Below are positions 53,776-63,096 of a stretch of 64,000 bases of DNA, one piece after another (the stretch's first letter is position 1; each line of letters starts with the position of its first letter). The stretch spans positions 982 to 64,981 of the forward strand of contig CALEHW010000054.1 of the NCBI GenBank assembly GCA_937877715.1, in the 5' to 3' direction. The notes under the pieces are model-generated. The model saw only the letters and a program-made list of their open reading frames with translations, was not told the origin of the DNA and made no database searches. The position numbers were made by a program, and so were the translations under genes. Origin of the DNA: an uncultured Methylophaga sp. (GTDB lineage: Bacteria > Pseudomonadota > Gammaproteobacteria > GCF-002020875).

Positions 53776-54183
53776 CTATTCCATGGTTTCCAGAGCGGTT
53801 TCGGTAAATTTATCCCCCTCCAGTTGATATCCACGCATCTCCAGAACCCCCTCTGTGTTGAGTGAGATTACAAGATAGAGGGCATCCGCATAGTCAGCAT
53901 CTGTTAAATCCTTTTTGGATGGAGTGGCTGGCGCGTGTGGGTGGGAGTGATAGATCGCCCATAGCTGTTCACCGCTCTCCCGGATCTTCCTCATTGCCCG
54001 GATCTGCTCCCCCGGGTCCATCTCAAACAGGACCTCTGGATGTGGTGCAATATTTGGCACTGGATAGATGGCTGATGCTACTCCGTGATCTGCACCTATA
54101 AGACCACACACCTCCATCTCCGGGCTTTTCTGTGCCTCGGCAAGAAGTTTGACAACTAGTGAGCGTGGGATAGGTTTAATCAT
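53776..54183 (-). CDS. JAB/Mov34 (M67) metallo-isopeptidase, Mec-like
   Basis: EVCGL..IYHSHP...PS..D JAMM motif; start overlaps the moeB end. Confidence 0.9.
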   Translation of the reverse strand: MIKPIPRSLVVKLLAEAQKSPEMEVCGLIGADHGVASAIYPVPNIAPHPEVLFEMDPGEQIRAMRKIRESGEQLWAIYHSHPHAPATPSKKDLTDADYADALYLVISLNTEGVLEMRGYQLEGDKFTETALETME

Positions 54184-54934
54184 GTTCGCCACAAGTTGGA
54201 CACTTGGGGTCTCTGGGAAGCTTGAGGGTGCGCCATTCCATGGTAAGCGCATCAAGCAGCATCAATTTTCCGTTCAATGTTTCTCCAATATTCATGACTA
54301 TCTTCATCGCTTCTAGTGCCTGCATGCTACCAATAATACCAACCAAAGGAGCCAGAACCCCAGTCTGGGTGCAGCTCTCATCCAGCTCGTTACCACCCTT
54401 GTAGAGGCAGTGATAGCAAGGGGTATCCTCATGGTCTGGACGGAATACTGAAATCTGCCCCTCCATGCGTATTGCTGCACCCGATACCAGCGGGGTGTTA
54501 TGCTGTACGCAGCTATCATTCACTGCAAAGCGGGTAGTGAAATTGTCACTGCAGTCCAGTACTACATCAGCTTTTTTGATCTCTGCCCCCATCTCCTTGG
54601 TTGAGAGTTTTCTGTTGATGGTGGTTATTTCAATATCTGGATTAAGGCTGAGTAGAGACTCTTTTGCCGACTCCACCTTGGGGCGACCAATATCTGTAGT
54701 GGTATGGACAATCTGCCGTTGCAGGTTAGAGAGATCCACCTCATCAAAATCAACTAGAATTAGGTGGCCGATTCCGGCGGCGGCTAGATAGATGGCTGCT
54801 GGGGCACCAAGGCCACCCATGCCAATAATTAGGATATTTGCATTAAGTAGCTGCTCCTGCCCCTCAGCACCAACCTGAGGAATCATAATCTGGCGGCTAT
54901 AGCGGAGCAGATCGTTGTCAGATTCCAAAACCAT
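54176..54934 (-). CDS. moeB: ThiF/MoeB-family sulfur-carrier adenylyltransferase
   Basis: RYSRQI, GMGGLG, SNLQRQ, CYHC and CPTC zinc motifs. Confidence 0.92.
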   Translation of the reverse strand: MVLESDNDLLRYSRQIMIPQVGAEGQEQLLNANILIIGMGGLGAPAAIYLAAAGIGHLILVDFDEVDLSNLQRQIVHTTTDIGRPKVESAKESLLSLNPDIEITTINRKLSTKEMGAEIKKADVVLDCSDNFTTRFAVNDSCVQHNTPLVSGAAIRMEGQISVFRPDHEDTPCYHCLYKGGNELDESCTQTGVLAPLVGIIGSMQALEAMKIVMNIGETLNGKLMLLDALTMEWRTLKLPRDPKCPTCGEHD

Positions 54935-54996
54935 TTATCTATTAATCCATGTGCTACCTACGTTATGGGATGGCAAGCATAACATTTCAACTTATC

Positions 54997-56268
54997 TTAA
55001 TCCCAATCTAATAGCCGTTGCTCACCCTCAAGGTTGGTAATGTCAGTAATATCTTGTGACATCTCAATAACACCACGGTATGTTCCATCATTATCACGAA
55101 CGGCAAAATAGCGGATAAGCAGATAACGTCCCTTGGCATAGATACGGAAATCAGCCACATCTTTGCTTCCTCTCCTGAATTCCTCAAGGATTCTTAGAAC
55201 CGCGTCTACAGATTTTGGTGGATGGCAATAACGTACCTCACGACCAATAACATTGGCACTACGGGGGAATATCCGTTCATCCCCACGATTGTAAAACACA
55301 ACCCGGTCATGCTCATCAACGTAGGTGATATCAAGAGGTAGCACCTTAAGCATCATATTAACCTGCTCTGGCGTCAGATACCCTTCGTCATAATGAAACA
55401 TATCTGTTGTATCTATATGGAGATTACCGCGTTTAGATGCTCTTATTGAGGCTGTACGGTCGTCTTTAGCAGTCTGGTGAGATGTGGTCTCTTGCGTCTG
55501 TTCCTCCTCATCTATTTTTTGTTCGGCATCATCTGCTGGCGATGGTTCCGGATAGATTGGTGGTGTTTCATCAAGCATCCAACCGATCTCATCGTCACCA
55601 ATACGCATATCTACCCACTCCTGCTCATCAAGCATTCCCATGGCATTTGGCAGAAGACGCTGCTCCTCAACGGCCATCAGATGCAACATCTGCTGTTGCA
55701 TGGCATCAGCCTTGGCAGCAAGTTCGGATAATTTGTTGTCTTGTAGTGCGTTGTATACGGCTTTGATCTTTTCACGAATCTCATCGTGAAGGGCCCACAT
55801 ATTTTTGCTTGGTGAATCCCATCCATGCCTCTCTAGGCACGGAAACAGCTGATTCTCTTTTCTTACATAATGCTTTTCGACAGTACGTATCTTGTCAAAA
55901 ACCGCACTGAATTCAGCGCTATTTTCAACAGGATCAATCTGATTGATTTGTGATAATAGCTCCCTAATTAATTGATTTTCTTCTAGATAGGTCCTGACTG
56001 GATGCCCTGGGGGGTATTGAAAAATATTATGTGCAGAAATCTTTGCGGTGACTACGGTGTGGTAAAAATTGATTACCAGATCATTGTTGTTGAAATTGAC
56101 GCCTTCACCAGCCAGCTTGTTAAGCACCTTGGATACATCCTCCTCGCTGATGCTTTGGCACTCATTATTGAATTGCTCAATTAGTTCTGCAGGTTGGTTG
56201 TTGCTACAAAAGGATTTAATAATCTGCTCTAGAAGGGCGCCACCGGTCCCGGAAAAGAATTCACTCAT
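54997..56268 (-). CDS. DUF438-type hemerythrin-like + PAS domain protein
   Basis: GHPV.TY.EEN, HYVRKENQLFP, MW.LHDEIR, EE..L.P; C-terminal PAS DITYVD..IGREV..CHPPKS..EMSQDIT. Confidence 0.83.
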   Translation of the reverse strand: MSEFFSGTGGALLEQIIKSFCSNNQPAELIEQFNNECQSISEEDVSKVLNKLAGEGVNFNNNDLVINFYHTVVTAKISAHNIFQYPPGHPVRTYLEENQLIRELLSQINQIDPVENSAEFSAVFDKIRTVEKHYVRKENQLFPCLERHGWDSPSKNMWALHDEIREKIKAVYNALQDNKLSELAAKADAMQQQMLHLMAVEEQRLLPNAMGMLDEQEWVDMRIGDDEIGWMLDETPPIYPEPSPADDAEQKIDEEEQTQETTSHQTAKDDRTASIRASKRGNLHIDTTDMFHYDEGYLTPEQVNMMLKVLPLDITYVDEHDRVVFYNRGDERIFPRSANVIGREVRYCHPPKSVDAVLRILEEFRRGSKDVADFRIYAKGRYLLIRYFAVRDNDGTYRGVIEMSQDITDITNLEGEQRLLDWD

Positions 56269-56358
56269 GAATAGGCCTCAATTAACTTATTAACAAAGGG
56301 CCGCAGGGTAACAGGGTATAACTTTGTTAGGTGCGATCTAGGTCAACTGGGAATTCAT

Positions 56359-57195
56359 CTATGTTAGAAACCCGTAACTTACTCTTTCATGTCCAGAGAT
56401 ATCGTGGGTAGTTGTAACTGAGGAGAATGATTGCTGCTGCAATAACTCTCTTGCTTTTTCTCCCTGATCATATCCATGTTCGATCATGAGAATTCCATCC
56501 TTGTGAAGGAAGTTTGCTGCATGGTTGATAAGGTATCTAATATCATCCATCCCCTCTTTTCCTGATGCCAGTGCTGAATTTGGTTCGTAGCGGAGGTCCC
56601 CCTGTTCAAGGTGAGGATCTTCCATGGCAATATATGGCGGGTTGGAGAGGATAATATTAAATTTTTCCTTCTCTAGTGGGAGGAACCAGCTTCCATCCCT
56701 GTACTCAATGTTGTTCAGTTGATGGTTGGAGCTATTTTCTTCAGCAACCGAGAGGGCGGCCCGAGATTGGTCTGTTGCAATAATCGTGCAGTCGGGGCGT
56801 TCACTGGCAATAGCTATAGCAATGGCTCCAGTTCCAGTTCCCAGATCGGCAACCCTCCACGATTTGTCAGTTGGGATCAGTTTGAGTGCCTGCTCCACCA
56901 GTGTTTCGGTCTCTGGCCTTGGGATCAGGGTATCCCCGGTAACTTTTAATTCAAGTGACCAGAATTCCTGTTTCCCAATCAGATGTGCGACCGGCTCCCC
57001 AGATTTGCGCCGCATAACAAGTTGTTGGAAAAGCTGATGCTCATGCTCCCCAAGCGCGCTTTCTGGCCAGGTGTAGATCCAGGCACGGCTCTTGCCAATG
57101 ATCTCCCCAAGGAGCAGTTCGGCATCCAGTTGGCCGCTATCGGATTCGTTGATCTCCTCGAGCGCCCACTGTAGTGCCTGCTTAACGCTTGCCAT
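56359..57195 (-). CDS. prmC: Release factor glutamine methyltransferase
   Basis: LIPRPETE, DLGTGTGAIA, SNPPY. Confidence 0.96.
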   Translation of the reverse strand: MASVKQALQWALEEINESDSGQLDAELLLGEIIGKSRAWIYTWPESALGEHEHQLFQQLVMRRKSGEPVAHLIGKQEFWSLELKVTGDTLIPRPETETLVEQALKLIPTDKSWRVADLGTGTGAIAIAIASERPDCTIIATDQSRAALSVAEENSSNHQLNNIEYRDGSWFLPLEKEKFNIILSNPPYIAMEDPHLEQGDLRYEPNSALASGKEGMDDIRYLINHAANFLHKDGILMIEHGYDQGEKARELLQQQSFSSVTTTHDISGHERVSYGFLT

Positions 57196-58283
57196 CAATT
57201 CTCATTTGCCAGTGCAGCCAGTTGATCTGCCTGATGCTCATTGATCAGGGGCTCAATAATGTGATCCATGCTTCCCATTAGGATTTCATCAAGCTTGTAG
57301 AGGGTTAGATTGATGCGATGGTCGGTGATTCTGCCCTGAGGGAAGTTGTAGGTACGAATGCGCTCGGAGCGGTCACCACTACCTACCAGATTTCTTCTAT
57401 CCTCTGCCACCTCGGCACTCTGCTTGTTGCGCTCTGCGGTAAGCAGTTTTGCCGAGAGCAGAGTCATGGCGCGAGCTCGGTTCTTGTGTTGTGACCGCTC
57501 ATCCTGACACTCCACCACAACCCCGGTGGGAAGGTGGGTGAGGCGGATGGCGGAATCGGTCTTGTTTACGTGCTGACCACCGGCGCCGGAGGCACGAAAT
57601 GTATCTACCTTGAGATCACTGGGGTTTATCTCTATATGGTCCACCTCCTCCACCTCTGGAAGGATTGCCACAGTTGCAGCAGAGGTGTGAACTCGCCCCT
57701 GAGATTCAGTCTCCGGCACCCGTTGTACCCGGTGGGCACCAGATTCAAACTTGAGACGAGAGTAGGCGCCCTTGCCGACAATGCGGGCAATGATCTCCTT
57801 GTAGCCCCCATGTTCTCCCTCGCTCTGGCTCATAATCTCCAGCTGCCAGCGGCGCTGCTCAGCGTAACGCGAATACATACGAAACAGATTTCCTGCAAAT
57901 ATTGCTGCCTCATCTCCGCCTGTCCCCGCACGCACCTCAAGGAAAATGTTGCTATCATCCTTTGGATCTTTTGGCAGCAGCAGTTTTTGTAACTCAAGCT
58001 CAAGTTTGCTCTCGCTCTCTGTTGCAGTAGCCATCTCCTCGGCAGCCATCTCCCGCATCTCTGGGTTACTCTCATTCCGCATCTCCTTGGCTGCCTCTAT
58101 ATCCTCCTGGATCTGTTGGTACTGCTCATAAATAGAGATAACTGGAGTTATCTGGGCATACTCTTGAGAGAGGGTTCTGAATCTGTTGTTATCGCTGATG
58201 GTCTCCGGATCGGAGAGCAGGGCGTTTAGCTCCTCCAGTCGGGCACTGAGGTGGTCAAGTTTTTGTAGAATTGAGTCTTTCAT
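57195..58283 (-). CDS. prfA: Peptide chain release factor 1
   Basis: PET anticodon motif (VPETE), GGQ; hemA-prfA-prmC order. Confidence 0.98.
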   Translation of the reverse strand: MKDSILQKLDHLSARLEELNALLSDPETISDNNRFRTLSQEYAQITPVISIYEQYQQIQEDIEAAKEMRNESNPEMREMAAEEMATATESESKLELELQKLLLPKDPKDDSNIFLEVRAGTGGDEAAIFAGNLFRMYSRYAEQRRWQLEIMSQSEGEHGGYKEIIARIVGKGAYSRLKFESGAHRVQRVPETESQGRVHTSAATVAILPEVEEVDHIEINPSDLKVDTFRASGAGGQHVNKTDSAIRLTHLPTGVVVECQDERSQHKNRARAMTLLSAKLLTAERNKQSAEVAEDRRNLVGSGDRSERIRTYNFPQGRITDHRINLTLYKLDEILMGSMDHIIEPLINEHQADQLAALANEN

Positions 58284-58385
58284 ATCGGGTCGTCAATTAT
58301 TATTTATCGGTTTGCAAGGGTGCAGGAGTGGCGTGGTGCCATCAGTCTCGGTTGCTGACGGCAGGGAAAGAGGCGGTAGCCTCAG

Positions 58386-59642
58386 CTAATGGTGGTCTAG
58401 CTCAAACAGTGCGCGAGTGGCATCAAGAAGAGCGGTACGCTCATCGTTGCCGGCACTTCTCAACTGGCTACAGGGGGCATGAATCAACTTGTTGGTCAGC
58501 TGGTGGGCCAGTACCTCAAGAATATGGTCAGGATCTTCTCCAGCTTCCAGCATTCTCCTGGATTTGTCCAGCATTTCTACACGGGTGCGGTCAGCTTGTG
58601 CGCGGAAGGCACGGATGGTTGCGACAGAGTCCTGTGCATTGACCCAGTCCATAAAGTGGACCACCTGGGTATCGATAATCTCCTCTGCCTGCTTGGCGGC
58701 ATCTTGACGGGACTTCATGTTCTCCTGAATAACCTCCTGGAGATCATCCACCGTGTAGAGATAGACATCCTCAAGGTCATCCACCTCCGGCTCAATGTCG
58801 CGTGGAACTGCTATATCAACCATAAACATTGGACGATGACGGCGGGTTTTCAGTGCACTCTCAACTGCCCCCTTGCCGAGAATGGGGAGTGGGCTTGCAG
58901 TAGAGGAGATGACAATATCAGCCTCAGCCAGATGGTCAGCGATCTCGGTTAGAGCGATTGCATATCCACCAAATTCCTCGGTAAGCTGGTGAGCCTTCTC
59001 GACAGTACGGTTGGCAATGATTATTCTGCCAATACCTTGTTCGTGGAGGTGGCGCGCTGCTAGTTCGATGGTCTCGCCTGCACCAATCAACAGCACTGTC
59101 TTGCCGTCCAGAGCACCAAAAATCTGCCGGGCCAGAGATACCGCAGCAAAGGCAACAGATACCGGGCTGCTACCAATTGCAGTATCAGTGCGTACCTGTT
59201 TGGCGGATTTGAAGGTGTGCTGAAACAGCCGGTTTAGGATTTTACCCGTTGTGCCGGCCTCATTGGCAGCACTAAAAGCAGTCTTCATCTGCCCTAGGAT
59301 CTGTGGCTCTCCCAACACCAGGGAGTCGAGGCCACTGGCAACCCGCAGCATGTGGCGTACGGCGTTCTGGTCGGGATGAATATATGTGTAGGGTTTTACC
59401 TTGCTGCTCTCCAGACAGTGGAAGTCACTCAGCCAGTCGACAATGCCATTCTCGTTGTAGCTCTTCATCCCGCAGTAGATCTCTGTACGGTTACAGGTGG
59501 AGAGAATTGCGGCCTCCTCAACCTCATTGGAGGAAGTCAGATCCTTGAGTGCCTGCGGGATGCGTTCAGGCGCAAAGGAGACCTTCTCCCGAATATCGAC
59601 GGGGGCTGTCTTGTGGTTTATTCCAAATGCGACCAGAGTCAT
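58386..59642 (-). CDS. hemA: Glutamyl-tRNA reductase
   Basis: STCNRTE, GLDS.VLGE.QI, GAGE, DIAVPRD. Confidence 0.97.
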   Translation of the reverse strand: MTLVAFGINHKTAPVDIREKVSFAPERIPQALKDLTSSNEVEEAAILSTCNRTEIYCGMKSYNENGIVDWLSDFHCLESSKVKPYTYIHPDQNAVRHMLRVASGLDSLVLGEPQILGQMKTAFSAANEAGTTGKILNRLFQHTFKSAKQVRTDTAIGSSPVSVAFAAVSLARQIFGALDGKTVLLIGAGETIELAARHLHEQGIGRIIIANRTVEKAHQLTEEFGGYAIALTEIADHLAEADIVISSTASPLPILGKGAVESALKTRRHRPMFMVDIAVPRDIEPEVDDLEDVYLYTVDDLQEVIQENMKSRQDAAKQAEEIIDTQVVHFMDWVNAQDSVATIRAFRAQADRTRVEMLDKSRRMLEAGEDPDHILEVLAHQLTNKLIHAPCSQLRSAGNDERTALLDATRALFELDHH

Positions 59643-59773
59643 TGTTATTGTGATCTATCTATTCCTGACAGAAACAGGTTCTCTCCTCAGAGAAGCGGAT
59701 TTTGATGGATTCAGGTAGAAAACACAAGAATGAATAGATGCATTTGCCTGAATCTTCATGATATTCTGGGACG

Positions 59774-61495
59774 ATGGATCGAGTTAATAGAGTGTTGCAG
59801 ATAGCTGTTATGGGTGGGGTAGCACTGCTTGGCGGTTGTGCAACCGTGGATAGTACACTGGCAGATCCACAGCTCTTGGTGGCAGACCCATTTGTGGCAT
59901 ATAAGGTAGATGATGATCTGCTATTCAATGTCTTGGCTGCAGAGATTTCGGCTCAGCGCGGTGACCACGATGCCGCCTATGAATATTACCAGCGTGCAAC
60001 CACACAGAGTGACCATCCAGCCATTGCAGAACGAGGGGCCCGTCTCTCCATCCATAGTCAAGACGTATCCAGGACCATCAAGGCAACTCGCCAATGGGTG
60101 TCACGTGAACCTGAGAATAGAGAGGCAAGAAGAATTCTCGGTGCCCTGCTGTTGAGGGATCATCAGTCCGGTGCCGCTGTAGAGCAGTTCGAGAAGATTA
60201 TCATCATGAAAAAGAGTGGTGCCCATGATGGCGTGCTCGGTGGTTTTCTGTTGATTGCGGAACAGCTACGCAAGGAACCAGATAGTCAGGCAGCTGAGGA
60301 GGTACTAAGGGAGTTGGTTCGCCGCTCCATAGAGGTGCCAGAGGCGTGGTATGTGCAGTCCTGGTACTACTCCAAAAACAGGAAACCAGAGAGGGCGCTG
60401 GAGGCAATAGATCGTGTGCTTGAACTTCGTCCGGGGTGGGGTAAGGCTGTGGTGTTGCGGGTCTCAATTCTTGAGTCACTGGGGGGCAAAGAGGAGATCT
60501 TGAGTTTTCTTGGGGAACAGGTTGAGCAGTTCCCGGACGATACAGATATTCTGTTGCACTATGGTCAGGCGCTGCTGTCACAGGGGCGCGATTATGAGGC
60601 CATCACTCAATTCAAGAGCGCACTTGATATCCATCCACGCTCTGCAGAGGTTCTTAGTCCACTGGCACTCGTCAATCTCAGCAACAAAAAATATGAGGCC
60701 GCACGCTCGTTCTTGATGACTCTGCTTGAACTGGATGGAGAACAGGACAAGGCAAATTACTATCTTGGTGAGATGGAAGAAGGGCTGGGCAATCGTCAGC
60801 AGGCGATTGCGCACTACGCCTCCGTAGGGCACGGGCTGATCTACTTCAATGCACGGGTGCGGATGGCGACACTGATTGCAAAGGCAGATGTGGATGCTGG
60901 AATCTCCATTCTGCGTGGGCTCTCTCTGCATGATGGACGCAGACGTATTCAGGTCATACTGCTGGAGGGGGAGTTTCTGGAGGATGTAGGCCGGCATCTG
61001 GATGCGGTTGAGGCCTACGATCGGGCCATAGAGATGAGTCCCGGTAATGAGGATATCCTCTATACACGGGCAATGGCTGGAGATCTGGCCGGCAGGCTGG
61101 ATATCCTTGAGCGGGATTTGCACGCCATCCTGGAGAAAAATCCTGTCCACTACCATGCATTGAATGCGTTGGGGTATACCTTGACTCTGCGTACAACCAG
61201 ATATGAGGAGGCGAAAAGTTATCTCGAGAAGGCGCTCTCACTGCGCCCCAATGATTTCTATGTGCTGGACAGTATGGGGTGGGTACAGTACAAGCTTGGC
61301 CATGTTGGCGAGGCGCTCGACTACCTTGATCGGGCTCTGGAGGCTAAGCAGGATGTTGAGGTTGCAGTCCACCTTGGTGAGGTCAGGTGGGTGAGTGGGG
61401 ATCAGCAGGGGGCCAGGGATATGTGGAATCTTGCCAGAGAGCTGGATGCAACCAACCCTGTTCTGATAGAGGTTCTTGAGCGTTTTTCTCCGTAA
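59774..61495 (+). CDS. TPR-repeat lipoprotein
   Basis: Lipobox LGGC, TPR repeats, ALNALGY.L and DSMGWV.Y; hemA/lolB synteny. Confidence 0.88.
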   Translation: MDRVNRVLQIAVMGGVALLGGCATVDSTLADPQLLVADPFVAYKVDDDLLFNVLAAEISAQRGDHDAAYEYYQRATTQSDHPAIAERGARLSIHSQDVSRTIKATRQWVSREPENREARRILGALLLRDHQSGAAVEQFEKIIIMKKSGAHDGVLGGFLLIAEQLRKEPDSQAAEEVLRELVRRSIEVPEAWYVQSWYYSKNRKPERALEAIDRVLELRPGWGKAVVLRVSILESLGGKEEILSFLGEQVEQFPDDTDILLHYGQALLSQGRDYEAITQFKSALDIHPRSAEVLSPLALVNLSNKKYEAARSFLMTLLELDGEQDKANYYLGEMEEGLGNRQQAIAHYASVGHGLIYFNARVRMATLIAKADVDAGISILRGLSLHDGRRRIQVILLEGEFLEDVGRHLDAVEAYDRAIEMSPGNEDILYTRAMAGDLAGRLDILERDLHAILEKNPVHYHALNALGYTLTLRTTRYEEAKSYLEKALSLRPNDFYVLDSMGWVQYKLGHVGEALDYLDRALEAKQDVEVAVHLGEVRWVSGDQQGARDMWNLARELDATNPVLIEVLERFSP

Positions 61496-61513
61496 ACTAA
61501 GAGTCTTGGTTAT

Positions 61514-62146
61514 TTGGTGATTAGTTTGCAGTTCCCCATCTATCGTACTATCTTCCCCATTCTTTGCGGCCTGCTTCTGCTACTTTCAGGCTGCTCCACC
61601 CTGCCCCGGCAGGCGGAGGATATTGGCCAGACTGTCGGCTGGGAGCTGCGACAGCAGCAGCTCAATGAGATTACGGAGTGGAGTGTAGAGGGGCGCGCAG
61701 CATTTCGCGTTAGCCAGGATGGAGGGCAGAGCAGCTTTAGATGGAATCATGCGCCATCCTCTCAACAATTTACCCTTGCCGGAGTTCTCGGCATGGGGGC
61801 GCTGGAACTGAAGAGTGGCCCGTCCAGAGTGCGGCTGATTACCGGTACTGGAGAGGTTATAGATGGAGAAGATGCAGAGCAGTTACTGTTTCAGGCAACC
61901 GGGTGGCTCTTCCCTGTTGATGAGGCCGGTTACTGGATCAGGGGAATTCCAGCCCCGACCGGGAGAGCTGACTCTATGGTGCTGGACCAGAAAAACAGGC
62001 TTCAATCTCTCTCCCAGTCGGGATGGAATATGCGGGTGCGTCGTTACCAGAGTGTAGATGGGGTTGAACTTCCGGCACTGGTAGTGATGGAGAGGGATGA
62101 TGTCAGGGTCAAGCTAAGCCTGGTTCGCTGGAGAGTGGACTACTGA
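61514..62146 (+). CDS. lolB: Outer-membrane lipoprotein insertase LolB
   Basis: Lipobox LSGC, GW.FPV...YWI.G, L.Q.GW; start uncertain. Confidence 0.88.
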   Translation: MVISLQFPIYRTIFPILCGLLLLLSGCSTLPRQAEDIGQTVGWELRQQQLNEITEWSVEGRAAFRVSQDGGQSSFRWNHAPSSQQFTLAGVLGMGALELKSGPSRVRLITGTGEVIDGEDAEQLLFQATGWLFPVDEAGYWIRGIPAPTGRADSMVLDQKNRLQSLSQSGWNMRVRRYQSVDGVELPALVVMERDDVRVKLSLVRWRVDY

Positions 62147-62147
62147 C

Positions 62148-62993
62148 ATGAGTAGATCCACCTGGCCAGCCCCGGCAAAACTCAATCTCTTTCTTCATGT
62201 TACTGATCGCCGTGAGGATGGTTTTCATGAATTACAGACTATCTTTCAGTTTATCGATCTGCAGGACAGGATCGAGATCGAGGTGAATGGCGGGGGTGTG
62301 ATTGAGCGTCCAACTGGGCTAGAGGGGATTTTGCCAGATGATGATCTGGTTGTTAGGGCGGCAAAAATGCTGCAGAATCATACTGATACAAAGCTTGGGG
62401 CGACTATTCATGTGGACAAGATAATCCCTGTTGGTGGTGGACTTGGAGGTGGAAGTTCAGATGCGGCCACTACCCTGGTTGCACTTAATAGTCTCTGGGA
62501 GACCGGTCTGAGCCGGCAGGAGCTGGCAGATGTTGGCCTTGCATTGGGAGCAGATGTTCCCGTCTTTATCTACGGCAGGGCTGCATGGGCTGAAGGGGTG
62601 GGAGAGATTCTCGAGAGTGTTGACCCTCCGGAACAGTGCTATCTGGTGGTTGCACCAGGGGTTTCGGTTTCAACCGCAGAGATTTTTCAGGCGAAAGAAT
62701 TGACACGAAACACTCCAAAAGCGAAAATAGCCGGCTTTCTGCCAATAGGCGGAAGGAATGATTGTGAGCCGGTAGTTGTTGCACGTTATCCGGAGGTCGG
62801 AGAGGCGTTACAGTGGCTCTCTAGATTTGGTGATGCAAGGATGACCGGAACAGGAAGTTGCCTGTTTGTTGCGCTTGATAATTGCGCAGAAGCTGAGCAA
62901 ATTAGAGATCAACTGCCTGAAAGATGGAGTGGTTTTGTGGTTAAAGGGATGAATAAATCACCCCTGACAGTGGAATATTCGGGTGTCGTCTAA
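62148..62993 (+). CDS. ispE: 4-diphosphocytidyl-2-C-methyl-D-erythritol kinase
   Basis: PAPAKLNLFL, GGGLGGGSSDAA, LGADVP, MTGTG. Confidence 0.97.
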   Translation: MSRSTWPAPAKLNLFLHVTDRREDGFHELQTIFQFIDLQDRIEIEVNGGGVIERPTGLEGILPDDDLVVRAAKMLQNHTDTKLGATIHVDKIIPVGGGLGGGSSDAATTLVALNSLWETGLSRQELADVGLALGADVPVFIYGRAAWAEGVGEILESVDPPEQCYLVVAPGVSVSTAEIFQAKELTRNTPKAKIAGFLPIGGRNDCEPVVVARYPEVGEALQWLSRFGDARMTGTGSCLFVALDNCAEAEQIRDQLPERWSGFVVKGMNKSPLTVEYSGVV

Positions 62994-63052
62994 CGGCAGG
63001 ACAGCAGGTTTTGATCCTGCGAATCGTGGTTCGAATCCATGCACCCGAACCA
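62979..63052 (+). tRNA. tRNA-Gln (anticodon TTG)
   Basis: Cloverleaf: TCGGGTG/CACCCGA acceptor, GCAGG-TTTTGAT-CCTGC anticodon arm, GGTTCGAATCC T loop, encoded CCA; usual ispE-prs position. Confidence 0.95.
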
Positions 63053-63096
63053 AGTGTAATGAAATGAGTATTACCCAGGTAGTGTAGGAAGAGAAG

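Noticed and set aside
53776-54934. CBASS/Bil-type E1-JAB anti-phage system
   Set aside because: No E2, CD-NTase or ubiquitin-like gene; canonical MoeB in a housekeeping prfA-prmC context
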